Source: Candidatus Saccharimonadota bacterium
GTDB lineage: Bacteria > Patescibacteriota > Gracilibacteria > UBA1369 > 2-02-FULL-48-14
NCBI GenBank assembly: GCA_016699145.1
Contig: CP064962.1
Span: 870,001 to 902,000, forward strand
Direction of reading: 5' to 3'
Length of the DNA stretch: 32,000 bases
Under the pieces are notes generated by a model. The model searched no databases. It was given only the letters and a program-made list of their open reading frames with translations, and was not told the DNA's origin. Shown here piece by piece: positions 16,634-26,141 of the stretch (its first letter is position 1; the number at the start of each line of letters is the position of its first letter). The position numbers and the translations under genes are program-made.

Positions 16634-17086
16634 TTACTCTGCTTCTATCGAAAGGAGCTTTTTTTCCTTTTGCTTCTTAGGAAGACGAACAGTCAAAGTC
16701 CCATTTTTAAACTTGCAGCTTGCGTCGGCAGCATCTACATAACTTGGGATCCCAATTTCTTGGTAGATGGAGCCATAGCTGCGTTGCTTTCGGAAGTAAT
16801 GCCGATCTTTGTCCTCCTTACTCTCCTCTGTTTTCCCTTGTATCACGATTCTTCCATTTTCCACATTCACCTCTAGATCTTTGGGGTCATAACCTGGTAC
16901 CTCAATTTCGGCTACAAATTCCTTGTTCGTTTCGTAAACGTCAGACTTTGGCATACCAATAGAGCTGAAAGAACTCACCAGAGAGGGGAAGTTTTGGAAA
17001 GGGTCCCAAAACGATTCTTCAAAAAGACTATTCATAACGTCTCGAACCGTTGGGAGATTGCGTTCCTGAAGTTGCGTATTTTTCAT
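16634..17086 (-). CDS. Hsp20/alpha-crystallin family small heat-shock protein
   Basis: Alpha-crystallin domain PKSDVYETNKEFVAEIEVPGYDPKDLEVNVENGRIVIQGK ... GSIYQEIGIP ... ASCKFKNGTLTVRLPK. Confidence 0.88.
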   Translation of the reverse strand: MKNTQLQERNLPTVRDVMNSLFEESFWDPFQNFPSLVSSFSSIGMPKSDVYETNKEFVAEIEVPGYDPKDLEVNVENGRIVIQGKTEESKEDKDRHYFRKQRSYGSIYQEIGIPSYVDAADASCKFKNGTLTVRLPKKQKEKKLLSIEAE

Positions 17087-17110
17087 GGTTAAAGAGGTTA
17101 AAGAATAAAA

Positions 17111-17151
17111 TTAGCACTCAACATTTTAGAGTGCCAAGAGCCAGTCGTCAA
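17111..17151 (-). promoter_or_regulatory. CIRCE (HrcA operator) overlapping a sigma70-type promoter of hsp20
   Basis: TTAGCACTC-N9-GAGTGCCAA at 17111-17137, one mismatch to the consensus TTAGCACTC-N9-GAGTGCTAA. On the minus strand there is TTGACG (17146-17151), a 17-nt spacer and TAAAAT (17123-17128). Confidence 0.7.
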
Positions 17152-17287
17152 GATTTTTTAGTAAGACCTTGAAAATGGCTAGATTGAGAAATCTTTCTGA
17201 TTTTGATAAAAGTGTTAAAAAGTTCTTAAAAGAAGGATAGAACTCGACAATACCTTAAAGAAGCCAAGAATCTTGGTTCTAAGCAAC

Positions 17288-17448
17288 TGGCGGAGAGTCG
17301 TGGACGACGTTAGAACCGCCATCGAGGCTAATCATACACAGTTCAATGTCTTCGCGAAAACGGTTTTGGCTAACGGATTTTAATGGTAACAGAGGCGGGT
17401 ACTTTAGAGCGATTGGCTTTTGAACCTACATCTGTTATTTTGCATGGG
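17288..17448 (+). repeat. att-like core + recombinase C-terminal tail (copy D) + conserved block
   Basis: The core is followed by WRRVVDDVRTAIEANHTQFNVFAKTVLANGF and a stop (17288-17383), then the block ACTTTAGAGCGATTGGCTTTTGAACCTACATCTGTTATTTTG. Confidence 0.8.
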
Positions 17449-17470
17449 TAAAACCGAAAAACGCACGCAG

Positions 17471-17499
17471 TTGACAGAATCGCAGAAAAGGCGTATCAT
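17471..17499 (+). promoter_or_regulatory. sigma70-type promoter (TTGACA-17 nt-TATCAT), paralog of 10248-10276
   Basis: Read directly. It is followed by the conserved leader TCTTAAAC ... AGGACAGTATG and an ATG at 17527. Confidence 0.5.
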
Positions 17500-17562
17500 T
17501 CTCTCTTAAACTATAATAAGGACAGTATGAATTCACCCACACCTTCCGGGCACTGGACGGGC

Positions 17563-18600
17563 TGAATCCGAACACTTAATGGATTAGGATTTTTTGAGTT
17601 TTGTGATTTCGCGGTGCACCAAAAGAGCTTCTTTTGGGGTGAGATAATTCAAACACTTGAGCGGTCTACGATTGAGTTTTTCTTCAAGCCTTTGAATGAA
17701 AGCTTTACTGTATTTTGAAATATCACTGCCTTTAGGAATATCTTTCCGAATGATTTTATTCGTGTTTTCCACTGTGCCCTTTTCCCATGAATGATAAGGG
17801 TGGCAAAAGTAGATTTTAATGCCCAGCAGCTTCTCCAATTCCTTGTGTTTCTGGAAGAGAATATCATTGTCCGTAGTCATGCTTTGAAGCTCTGGAAAAC
17901 GTTTTGGATTCGCAAAAAGCCTCATGAACTTCTTCAATCGTCACTGGGAAGATCTTTTCAAGAAATGAAACTCTTAGTTTCCTGTCCACAGCAACCAAAA
18001 GTGAACCCTTTCCCGTTTTCCCTGAAACTATGAAATCTCCTTCAATGTCTCCCACATCTTCTCTCATTTCTATTCTGTTAGGACGCTCATTTATGAACGT
18101 TCTGTCCGAAAGTTTTGAAAGTACTTTGGGCCTCTTTCTTCGATGTTTTGTTTTCTGCTCACGTTCATACTCCAAAGCTCTTCCATAGGGGCTTTTTAGG
18201 AAGCGATAAATACTGTCTTTGGAGGCAAAAAGGAAGAGCTCCCTCTTGGCATTTGAGTCTCCCAGAAATAGCGGCTGGAGAAATATCATCTCTTAGTTTT
18301 TCTTCTACGAAATCTCTCAATTTCTTGTTCATTGCAACTTTCTTCCCTTGAAAGCGAGCGGAGCGCCTTCGTACATAGCTTTTCTGCTGTGCTTTCTTCG
18401 GGTTATAGCTGCCATTCACTTCATTACGTTTGAGTTCATCTGAAACAGTTGAAACACTTCTCTTCAGACTTTTAGCGATAGCTCTGAGCGAATATCCTTT
18501 CCCCTTCAGTATGAATATTTCATCCCTCTCACTTTTGGAAAGCTGTGAGAACTTCTTAGCGTTTTTTTCATGAACTCATCTTACCAAGTGTTCGGATTCA
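17563..18600 (-). mobile_element. IS30-family insertion sequence, decayed
   Basis: Terminal inverted repeats TGAATCCGAACACTT (17563-17577) and AAGTGTTCGGATTCA (18586-18600) enclose IS30-type transposase fragments. Confidence 0.8.
17584..18571 (-). pseudogene. IS30-family transposase, reading frame broken into at least 4 pieces
   Basis: HTH part KKFSQLSKSERDEIFILKGKGYSLRAIAKSL. Middle part GDIEGDFIVSGKTGKGSLLVAVDR. C-terminal part TTDNDILFQKHKELEKLLGIKIYFCHPYHSWEKGTVENTN. The pieces lie in different frames, and the ATG at 18571 is out of frame across a 7-A run. Confidence 0.8.
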
Positions 18601-18652
18601 AATGAGAATCTAGGCCGAAGTCCGTTCGGCAGAAGTAAAGCAAGCCGCTCAC

Positions 18653-19729
18653 ATGGGGCGCGTCGCCAACCGAGCAGCTGCAATTCCATTACTGGAAGCT
18701 CTCCTTGCCGAAACCGACAAGACGGCAGTGCTTAATGGATTGCGAGCAATAAGAATCGGAGGAAACCCTTTGGGCTTTGAAGCAGGGTTTGAAGCAAAAG
18801 ACCTTCCAGCTATTAAGGAAGCAATTGGTGAAGTTATCGCCCAGATGCGAGAACTGAACGGTGAAGTCGCTGGACTTTCAACTGCTATAAACAAAGGTCT
18901 CGTAGGAACTGCTAAGACTGGACTTGAACAGGAAGGCACTTATGAAACTCAACTCGAAGGTCCTCAAGTGGAATGGGTAAGAAAAGGAATCGAAGCTCGT
19001 TATGATCGTACCCGTCTTGTTAATGCTCCGCTCCTTGAAGAGGAAGGAGTACCTGCTTTCCCCGACAAAGAAGCAGCTCTAAAATCTGCTTTGAAGCAAC
19101 TTACTCGTGAGCAGGTTGCTTACATGATGGAGGAGGGTCGCTCCCCATTTATGTTCCAGATGAAATTGGTTGGACCTAGTAAAAAAGGAATTGATTTGCA
19201 AAGGACTCTTGTTAATGGGCAGCCAAAGAGGATGGGTACACCCAAGCAAGGGCAACAAGAAATGTATGTATGGGAGGGTGCTGAACGTCATTTAGCCAGC
19301 AAACCTGCTGGAAAAACAGAATGGAAATGGGAATTTGTTCAAGGAGAGCAAATCATCGAACCTCAAAAAGAAGATGACGTTAGCTTACTGGTAGAAGACC
19401 GAGTTAAACAGGTAAGACGTGCTAGACCCAAAGGAATGCGAGGTACAGACCGTTATACCTTAGCTACGCTTATGGCAGATGGCTTAGAGGCAGGAAAACC
19501 ACTCGACATTCGCTTCAAAGGAGATGCGATGAATACCGAAGAATATGAAGTGTGGAATGCTACCTTGATGGATGAAGAAGGTGAGTTGACAGAAGGTCAA
19601 TATCGTTGTCTGGTTGGCGGTGGTTTCGTTCCTAATGATCGGTACGCGTACTTGTATAGATTCAGCGTGCTTAATCGGAATGGTGGTGCGCGTTTCCGCT
19701 CCTCGGTTGATGGGTCAATAGAGGCTTAG
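18653..19729 (+). CDS. hypothetical protein (358 aa)
   Basis: Long ORF followed by a clear terminator. The C-terminal GGGFVPNDRYAYLYRF..GGARFRSSV faintly recalls the DUF4256-type ending. The N-terminus may have been severed by the IS30 insertion. Confidence 0.55.
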   Translation: MGRVANRAAAIPLLEALLAETDKTAVLNGLRAIRIGGNPLGFEAGFEAKDLPAIKEAIGEVIAQMRELNGEVAGLSTAINKGLVGTAKTGLEQEGTYETQLEGPQVEWVRKGIEARYDRTRLVNAPLLEEEGVPAFPDKEAALKSALKQLTREQVAYMMEEGRSPFMFQMKLVGPSKKGIDLQRTLVNGQPKRMGTPKQGQQEMYVWEGAERHLASKPAGKTEWKWEFVQGEQIIEPQKEDDVSLLVEDRVKQVRRARPKGMRGTDRYTLATLMADGLEAGKPLDIRFKGDAMNTEEYEVWNATLMDEEGELTEGQYRCLVGGGFVPNDRYAYLYRFSVLNRNGGARFRSSVDGSIEA

Positions 19730-19768
19730 TATTTGAACCTTTTTCTTCCTTAAAACTTTATCTTTTAT

Positions 19769-19796
19769 AGACCGCCGTAAGGCGGTCTTTCTTTTT
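19769..19796 (+). terminator. Rho-independent terminator
   Basis: AGACCGCC-GTAA-GGCGGTCT followed by TTCTTTTT. Confidence 0.7.
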
Positions 19797-19994
19797 CCAA
19801 TTTTACATTCTAAACTACCCGTGGTGGTGAATAGCCACTCTCGCTACTTTGGCGGGGGCTACCACAGGCTCAAGTCCATAAAACAGACCTCGTGTGCCAT
19901 GTGAAGCACAGTCTGGGATGAGAGAAAAAGCACATAACCCATCACGTTGAGCTGAATCTAACGTCACTAAGGACGTTGAAAAACAACTTCATGG

Positions 19995-20874
<880 letters not shown>

Positions 20875-20970
20875 GCGACGAGCAGAGCCTATACAAAGAA
20901 ATCAAAGAGTTCAAGTCTGGTTTCTTGCAAGTGCTTATGCTACACTCGTTGAGCATATTACTCCCCCACC

Positions 20971-21594
20971 ATGAAAAACAGTCTTCCTGCCAAAAAAATC
21001 CCTAGCTGGGTCATTATTCTAGGACTTTTACTCATCGCGGGCTGGTGGTTTGCGAGCACTTACAACAGCCTCATCACATCCAAAGGAATGACCGAAAAAT
21101 CCTGGGCACAAGTGGAAGCGGAATATCAGCGCCGTGCAGATCTTATTCCCAACCTGATCAGCACCGTGAAAGGAGCCGCCGATTTTGAACAAAGCACCCT
21201 AACAGAAGTAACGGAAGCCCGCACTCAATGGATGCAAACCGCAGATAGCCCTGATGCCACTTTGGAAGAGCAAATGGCAGCCACTCAAAACTTTGACTCC
21301 GCGCTCTCTCGCCTTCTGGTCACGGTGGAATCTTACCCCACCCTCACCGCAACCGAAGGATTTCAAATCTTTCAAGCTCAACTGGAGGGAACAGAAAATC
21401 GAGTGACCGTGGCTCGCATGGATTTCAATACAGCCGCAACAGCCTACAACATCAAAGTTCAACGCTTCCCCACTAAAATAGTGGCCAGTCTTTTTGGTTT
21501 CGATCCCACACCGCTCTTTGAAGCAGAAGCAGGCAGCCAAGAAGTCCCTGAAGTGGACTTTAACTTTGGTGATCCCGAAGCAGTCACTCAATAA
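20971..21594 (+). CDS. lemA: LemA family protein
   Basis: N-terminal TM followed by [43 protein letters not shown] ... [14 protein letters not shown], the typical LemA pattern. Confidence 0.88.
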   Translation: MKNSLPAKKIPSWVIILGLLLIAGWWFASTYNSLITSKGMTEKSWAQVEAEYQRRADLIPNLISTVKGAADFEQSTLTEVTEARTQWMQTADSPDATLEEQMAATQNFDSALSRLLVTVESYPTLTATEGFQIFQAQLEGTENRVTVARMDFNTAATAYNIKVQRFPTKIVASLFGFDPTPLFEAEAGSQEVPEVDFNFGDPEAVTQ

Positions 21595-21599
21595 GCTCC

Positions 21600-22484
21600 A
21601 TGAAATTTTTAACTTGCCGGCTCGGGGCTTTTTCTTTGATAGGGGCCCTGCTCTGGGCGTCACCCGCCTCCGCTGAACTTCAAATCCCAAATGCCCCTCA
21701 GGGGTACGTGCTCGATCAAGCAGAAGTGCTGGCTGAAGCCACCGAAAATCAACTGCAAAATGATCTAGCGGCTCTTGAGGCCACAAACAGCTCTCAATTG
21801 GTGGTGCTCACCGTCGACTCCTTGCAAGGCTATGAACCAGAGCAATACGCTCTGGCCGTGCTGCGCGGGTGGGGAGTGGGACAAAAAGAATTCAACAATG
21901 GACTCGTCTTCTTAATCGCGCCCAACGAACAAAAAGCCCGCATTGAAGTGGGTTACGGTTTAGAAGGAGCCATCACCGATGCGCAGTCATCGCTCATTTT
22001 GAGCAAAGTGGCCATCCCCTCTTTCAAAACAGGCAATTACGATGAAGGGGTGCTCGCCTCCATGGAAGTTTTGCAAACCCTGGCTCGAGGGGAAAGCTTC
22101 GATCTCAGCGCTTACGAAGACACGAACGTCGAAGAAGGGGCTTCCATAAACGGGATTGGACTATTTTTCCTCTTCTATTTTCTCCCTTTGATTTGGGCCT
22201 TTTTCAGTTTTTTGGCCGGCAGCAAATCGTGGTGGTTGGGGGGCATTTTTGGCGCCATTTTCGGAATCTTCATTGCCGGTCTCATCGGGGCTGGAATAGG
22301 AGCTTTGATCGGTCTTTTTGTAGACTACATTTTGTCCGTCTATTTCTTTAAAAAATTACTTCCCAAAAAAGGTCGTGGTTTTTGGTGGGGCGGAGGTTCC
22401 ACTGGTGGTAGTGGCGGGGGTCGAGGCTTTGGCGGTTTTGGAGGCGGCAGCGGCGGAGGTGGAGGAGCCACGGGCGGCTGGTGA
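21600..22484 (+). CDS. TPM-domain (YgcG-like) membrane protein with Gly-rich C-terminus
   Basis: Signal peptide, then the TPM pattern YVLDQAEVL ... QLVVLTVDSLQGYEPEQYA ... WGVGQKEFNNGLVFLIAPNEQKARIEVGYGLEGAITD, TM segments and a GGGSGGG tail. It lies directly downstream of lemA, a common pairing. Confidence 0.85.
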   Translation: MKFLTCRLGAFSLIGALLWASPASAELQIPNAPQGYVLDQAEVLAEATENQLQNDLAALEATNSSQLVVLTVDSLQGYEPEQYALAVLRGWGVGQKEFNNGLVFLIAPNEQKARIEVGYGLEGAITDAQSSLILSKVAIPSFKTGNYDEGVLASMEVLQTLARGESFDLSAYEDTNVEEGASINGIGLFFLFYFLPLIWAFFSFLAGSKSWWLGGIFGAIFGIFIAGLIGAGIGALIGLFVDYILSVYFFKKLLPKKGRGFWWGGGSTGGSGGGRGFGGFGGGSGGGGGATGGW

Positions 22485-22504
22485 TTTGAATTTGCCTTTG
22501 AAAT

Positions 22505-22540
22505 GCTTTTAAAAGGACTCCGAAGAGCCCTTTTAAAAGC
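22505..22540. terminator. 12-bp perfect AU-rich hairpin between convergent genes (possible bidirectional terminator)
   Basis: GCTTTTAAAAGG - 12-nt loop - CCTTTTAAAAGC. Confidence 0.4.
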
Positions 22541-22554
22541 CTCAATAGTAGAGG

Positions 22555-22785
22555 CTAACGTTTAGGATTGGACCAGCAATCCACCAAGCAGTACACCGCG
22601 CCCACTCCCACAATGAGGTAGACGACGGATTCCACTGTGGGCCATTGCCCAAGAAGCATATTGACCAGGTTCCAATTGGAATCACCGATCAGTGCTCCGA
22701 GACCAATGAGGCCCCAGTTGAGGGCTCCAATGAACATCAAAGCCCAGGCCACGGTACCCAAGGTACCAGAAGATCCTTTTTGCAT
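22555..22785 (-). CDS. DUF378 domain membrane protein
   Basis: FIGALNWGLIGLGALIGDSNWNLVNMLLG is the DUF378 signature. The start is set at the ATG at 22785 (MQKGSS..). The track ORF extends to a TTG at 22812. Confidence 0.75.
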   Translation of the reverse strand: MQKGSSGTLGTVAWALMFIGALNWGLIGLGALIGDSNWNLVNMLLGQWPTVESVVYLIVGVGAVYCLVDCWSNPKR

Positions 22786-22905
22786 AGAAAAGGGATTAAA
22801 AATTAAATTCAACCCCCATTATAGGTAAAAACAGCGCATCCCTCTAAGCAAATCTCTTTCCACACCCTCGCGTAGCAAAGAGAACTTCTGATCGAGACCA
22901 TCAAT

Positions 22906-23973
22906 TCATTGGATCAATCCCAGTTCGTAAGCGCCCATAAGAGCCATAACCGCATGCTGATTCCGGTCCACCTGCATCAGCCAATCCCCTTTGCTTCCAT
23001 AAAATCCGCCCCAGGCGGCGGCTTCAAAATCCTCTGCATTTTGGTCTTCCATGGGGAACTGCAACTCCATCACCTTTTCAGCACCGTTTCGAATGAAACG
23101 CGCATAACAGCGGGACCGTTCCTCATCCCCAACTCGTTCAGCCAATTCATACGCTTTATTCATACCCTCCGAAAACACCGCCGCAACAATCCCTGCAGAA
23201 TTCAAATTGGGATCGCACTGCCCTTCGCTGAACTTTTGCACCATGAAATCATTCATAGCAAAAATAAAATCAGCGGCCGCTTGCTCTTCTGTATTTTCAT
23301 AATATTTGAAAAAAGCTTGAGTTTGCCAAGGCACAAAAGCGGTATTGGGATTCTCCTTAAAATAAGCCTCATAATAAGGCAGGGCCTTACTCACTGCCTC
23401 CAAATAACGCGGCTCCCCCGTGTGCTCGTACAAAGACATGAGGGCCAAAAGGGCCTCGCCCGGGTAATAATCCACTCCTGTTGCACGATCGGAGTAAAAG
23501 AAAGTGTCCAATTCTCCATTTTCAGCCTGAGCATACAAAATGCCATCGGCCAACTCCCGCATCAATTCTTCTTTTTCAGGGTCCTCGGATTCTAAAAGAT
23601 TCAAAATCATAAAAGCGCTGTAGCCCAGTTTCACTTTTTCAGGAGTGATATTCACATAAGTGAAGCCATTTTCCTCATCCTGGACCAAGCTGCTTTTGAA
23701 GTAATGCAAGCCCCTTTCAGCCAAAACTTCATAACGTTCATCCTCTAAAAAATCCGCCAAATGGTAAATGGACCAAAGCGCGCCCATTTCTCGCATAGAA
23801 TGGCTTTTTTCAGGGTGAAAAAACGTTTTGGGTGAATACTGATAATGAATGAACGACTCGTTCTGATTGTTCAAAAACCACTCGCCTCCCGCTTGAATAG
23901 TGGCCACCGCTCCACTCGGAGCTCCACAGCTGCTGAAGAGTAAAAATCCAAAAAGAAGTGCTCTCAGCTTCAT
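22906..23973 (-). CDS. predicted lipoprotein, helical-repeat (alpha/alpha-toroid-like) hypothetical protein
   Basis: MKLRALLFGFLLFSSC lipobox. Repeated aromatic/acidic helical segments. The fold assignment is a guess only. Confidence 0.6.
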   Translation of the reverse strand: MKLRALLFGFLLFSSCGAPSGAVATIQAGGEWFLNNQNESFIHYQYSPKTFFHPEKSHSMREMGALWSIYHLADFLEDERYEVLAERGLHYFKSSLVQDEENGFTYVNITPEKVKLGYSAFMILNLLESEDPEKEELMRELADGILYAQAENGELDTFFYSDRATGVDYYPGEALLALMSLYEHTGEPRYLEAVSKALPYYEAYFKENPNTAFVPWQTQAFFKYYENTEEQAAADFIFAMNDFMVQKFSEGQCDPNLNSAGIVAAVFSEGMNKAYELAERVGDEERSRCYARFIRNGAEKVMELQFPMEDQNAEDFEAAAWGGFYGSKGDWLMQVDRNQHAVMALMGAYELGLIQ

Positions 23974-24428
23974 AGAATAGCTGTCAAAATCACAGCTGCG
24001 GTGATCAAGCTCACCAAGGTTTGACTGGCGTTGATCAGCGCAATCTTAAGCGAGCGACCTTCCCATAAGAAACTGGAAAAATTGAGGGGAAGACAAAATC
24101 CAGCCCAGATCCACAGCACCGTTTCCATGGCTTCACGGTACATGTGTTGCAAGTCACCATCGCTTGTCACAAACAAAAAGTGCGCAAGCACATAGGTAGA
24201 CAAAATTTGCAGCAAACCACCCACCACAATCCCTTTCGTCATTTGTTTTTTCTGCTCTTTGGTCATCGTCTTTGGAACAGTGCTGTGCCCCAACACTTCC
24301 TTCATCCACACAGGTCCAAATAAAAGAGGCGAATACCATAGCCATCCAACGGCAAATGCAGCCAAGGCGGCAAAAACAAGAGACAAGAGTTCAGCGGGTT
24401 CCATAGCGAGGGGGTTAGCCACACCCAC
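23970..24428 (-). CDS. DUF1761 domain membrane protein
   Basis: AVGWLWYSPLLFGPVWMKEV motif and 4 TM segments. 4-bp overlap with the downstream gene. Confidence 0.7.
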   Translation of the reverse strand: MGVANPLAMEPAELLSLVFAALAAFAVGWLWYSPLLFGPVWMKEVLGHSTVPKTMTKEQKKQMTKGIVVGGLLQILSTYVLAHFLFVTSDGDLQHMYREAMETVLWIWAGFCLPLNFSSFLWEGRSLKIALINASQTLVSLITAAVILTAIL

Positions 24429-24465
24429 TATACATGAACCCGCAAAACCCTTTCAAAATAAAGTA

Positions 24466-24494
24466 ACAAAAAAGAGGACCCTTTTGGAGTCCTC
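24466..24494 (-). terminator. Rho-independent terminator of the RRM gene
   Basis: On the minus strand, GAGGACTCCAAAAGGGTCCTC hairpin followed by TTTTTTGTT. Confidence 0.65.
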
Positions 24495-24513
24495 TTTCTC
24501 TAGTTCTAAAAAA

Positions 24514-24912
24514 TTAGAATTGGTTGTCTTGGTCGTAACCACCGTTGCCTCCACCAAAGGAGCCACGGTCTCCACCACGGAATCCTCCGCGGTCTCCAGA
24601 GCGGCCTCCGCCGAAACCTCCACGGCCTCCACCAAAGGAGCCACGAGGACGTTCTTCTTGAGGACGAGCTTCGTTTACGATCATAGGGCGACCATTGAGG
24701 TCGTAGTTGTGGAACTTAGCCACAGCTGCTTCTGCTTCTTCGAGGGTTGCCATTTCAACGAAACCGAAACCCTTGCTGCGTCCGCTCATGCGATCAGTGA
24801 TCACCATGGCAGATTCAACGGTTCCAACTTCAGCGAAAAGAGCGCGGAGATCGTCTCCGGTAGCCGAGTAAGGAAGATTCCCTACAAATAATTTTTTAAG
24901 TTGCATTGTCAT
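24514..24912 (-). CDS. RRM-type RNA-binding protein with Arg/Gly-rich tail
   Basis: RNP2 LFVGNL and RNP1 KGFGFVEM motifs. C-terminal GGGRGGFGGGRSGDRGGFRGGDRGSFGGG. Confidence 0.88.
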   Translation of the reverse strand: MTMQLKKLFVGNLPYSATGDDLRALFAEVGTVESAMVITDRMSGRSKGFGFVEMATLEEAEAAVAKFHNYDLNGRPMIVNEARPQEERPRGSFGGGRGGFGGGRSGDRGGFRGGDRGSFGGGNGGYDQDNQF

Positions 24913-25033
24913 ATACGTTTACGTTTAGTAGTTGATATTACGATGTGTCGACCTACCGAACGAAACGAATGAACTTCTACGAACGGCTTACTCATCACAG
25001 GTATTATACGCTCTTTCTTAGTGGAAGGGAAGC

Positions 25034-25660
25034 CTAAATGCGTACAATAATGTTTTCAGCCGCTTTACGCACCTTTTTTGCAGAAGCATATTTGTCATCC
25101 CCACGGTAACCCACGGCACAAATCACTACCGATTTGAGCCCCTTCGCCTCCAGATCAAGAATTTCATCATATTTGGCAGGATCAAAACCTTCCATAGGCC
25201 CCGCATCGATTCCTTCGAGAGCACAAGCCGATAAAAACACACCCAGTGCAAGGTAAACTTGCTTGGCCATCCAGGTCGCATTGCTCACTTCATCTCGGCC
25301 CGCAATGGAGCCGATCACCATTTGTTTGTAACCGTCGAGGGTCGCAGGGTCCACTCCGCGAGTCTCTGCCGTGAGGGCAATCATCGCTTCCCCGTCTTTC
25401 ACTGTCAGTTCTTTTTGTCGGCAAAACACCACTAGATGAGACGCATCCGTCACCTGAGCTTGTCCCCAAGACGCCTCGCGTAGCTTCGCGCGCAGTTCAG
25501 GATTCTCCACCACAACAAAGGCCCACGCATCGAGTCCAAATGAATTCGGAGCCAGCCGAGCGGCCTCCAAAAGCTCCTTCAATTTTTCTTCAAGAACTTT
25601 TTTAGCGGGATCAAAAACCTTGGTGGCGTAGCGCCATTTGAGAGCGTCGAGGAATTGCAT
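25034..25660 (-). CDS. nitroreductase-family NAD(P)H-dependent oxidoreductase
   Basis: MQFLDALKWRYATKVFD ... LLEAARLAPNSFGLDAWAFVVV ... and C-terminal GYRGDD are typical of the NfsB/NfnB-like fold. Confidence 0.82.
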   Translation of the reverse strand: MQFLDALKWRYATKVFDPAKKVLEEKLKELLEAARLAPNSFGLDAWAFVVVENPELRAKLREASWGQAQVTDASHLVVFCRQKELTVKDGEAMIALTAETRGVDPATLDGYKQMVIGSIAGRDEVSNATWMAKQVYLALGVFLSACALEGIDAGPMEGFDPAKYDEILDLEAKGLKSVVICAVGYRGDDKYASAKKVRKAAENIIVRI

Positions 25661-25686
25661 AAATTAAAAGTCAGAGGGATTCAATA

Positions 25687-26139
25687 CTATGCTTTCTTCC
25701 CGTGCAGAGCAAGAAACTGAGTGGGAGTGTAGGCATGAATCTTCTTGCTTGCAGTGCGATTGAGTTGTGTATCCCAAGAAATAAGAGGCACCTCTTCTGC
25801 TTCCGCCATCACTGCAATGATGCTATCCGCGGTTTTGAGGTCATAGTGAGCGTGAGAAGCAAAATAATGAGCCGAGAATTCCGCCTCAAGAGGGATCACT
25901 CGCAGCAATTGTCTCTGAGAGAGTTGCAGCAGATGCCCCAAAACACTCTGTTCAATATCCAAATTTCCACTTCTTCGAAAGCACGCATGAATGATTTCAA
26001 ACAAGGCAGAAATAGGTAGAGCGAGTCGATACTGTTCTTGGAAAATGCATCGGAAGAAATCTTTACTCTCATTGCAGTATCTCTCACTAAGGAAGAAGGA
26101 GGAAACGTAGACTGAAGAATCAACAAGAATTTCTTTCAT
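25687..26139 (-). CDS. PIN-domain toxin (VapC-like)
   Basis: Acidic residues in PIN positions: ILVDSSV, LFEI, KTADSIIA, ISWDTQL. It lies 2 nt downstream of an antitoxin-like gene. Confidence 0.7.
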   Translation of the reverse strand: MKEILVDSSVYVSSFFLSERYCNESKDFFRCIFQEQYRLALPISALFEIIHACFRRSGNLDIEQSVLGHLLQLSQRQLLRVIPLEAEFSAHYFASHAHYDLKTADSIIAVMAEAEEVPLISWDTQLNRTASKKIHAYTPTQFLALHGKKA

Positions 26140-26141
26140 AT

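Noticed and set aside
21199-21786. 195-aa minus-strand ORF
   Set aside because: It is antisense to the lemA and TPM genes, both of which have clear family patterns.
22370-22484. GGC/GGT-rich repetitive stretch
   Set aside because: It encodes the Gly-rich C-terminus of the TPM-domain protein, so it is not an independent repeat element.
22909-23595. 228-aa plus-strand ORF
   Set aside because: It is antisense to the 355-aa lipoprotein gene and has low-complexity, His/Ile/Phe-rich composition.
24259-24891. 210-aa plus-strand ORF, plus apparent short tandem repeats (GGAGCCAC / CCACCAAAGG) at 24540-24660
   Set aside because: The ORF is antisense to the DUF1761 and RRM genes. The repeats simply encode the RGG tail (GGFGGGR units) and are not a CRISPR or satellite array.
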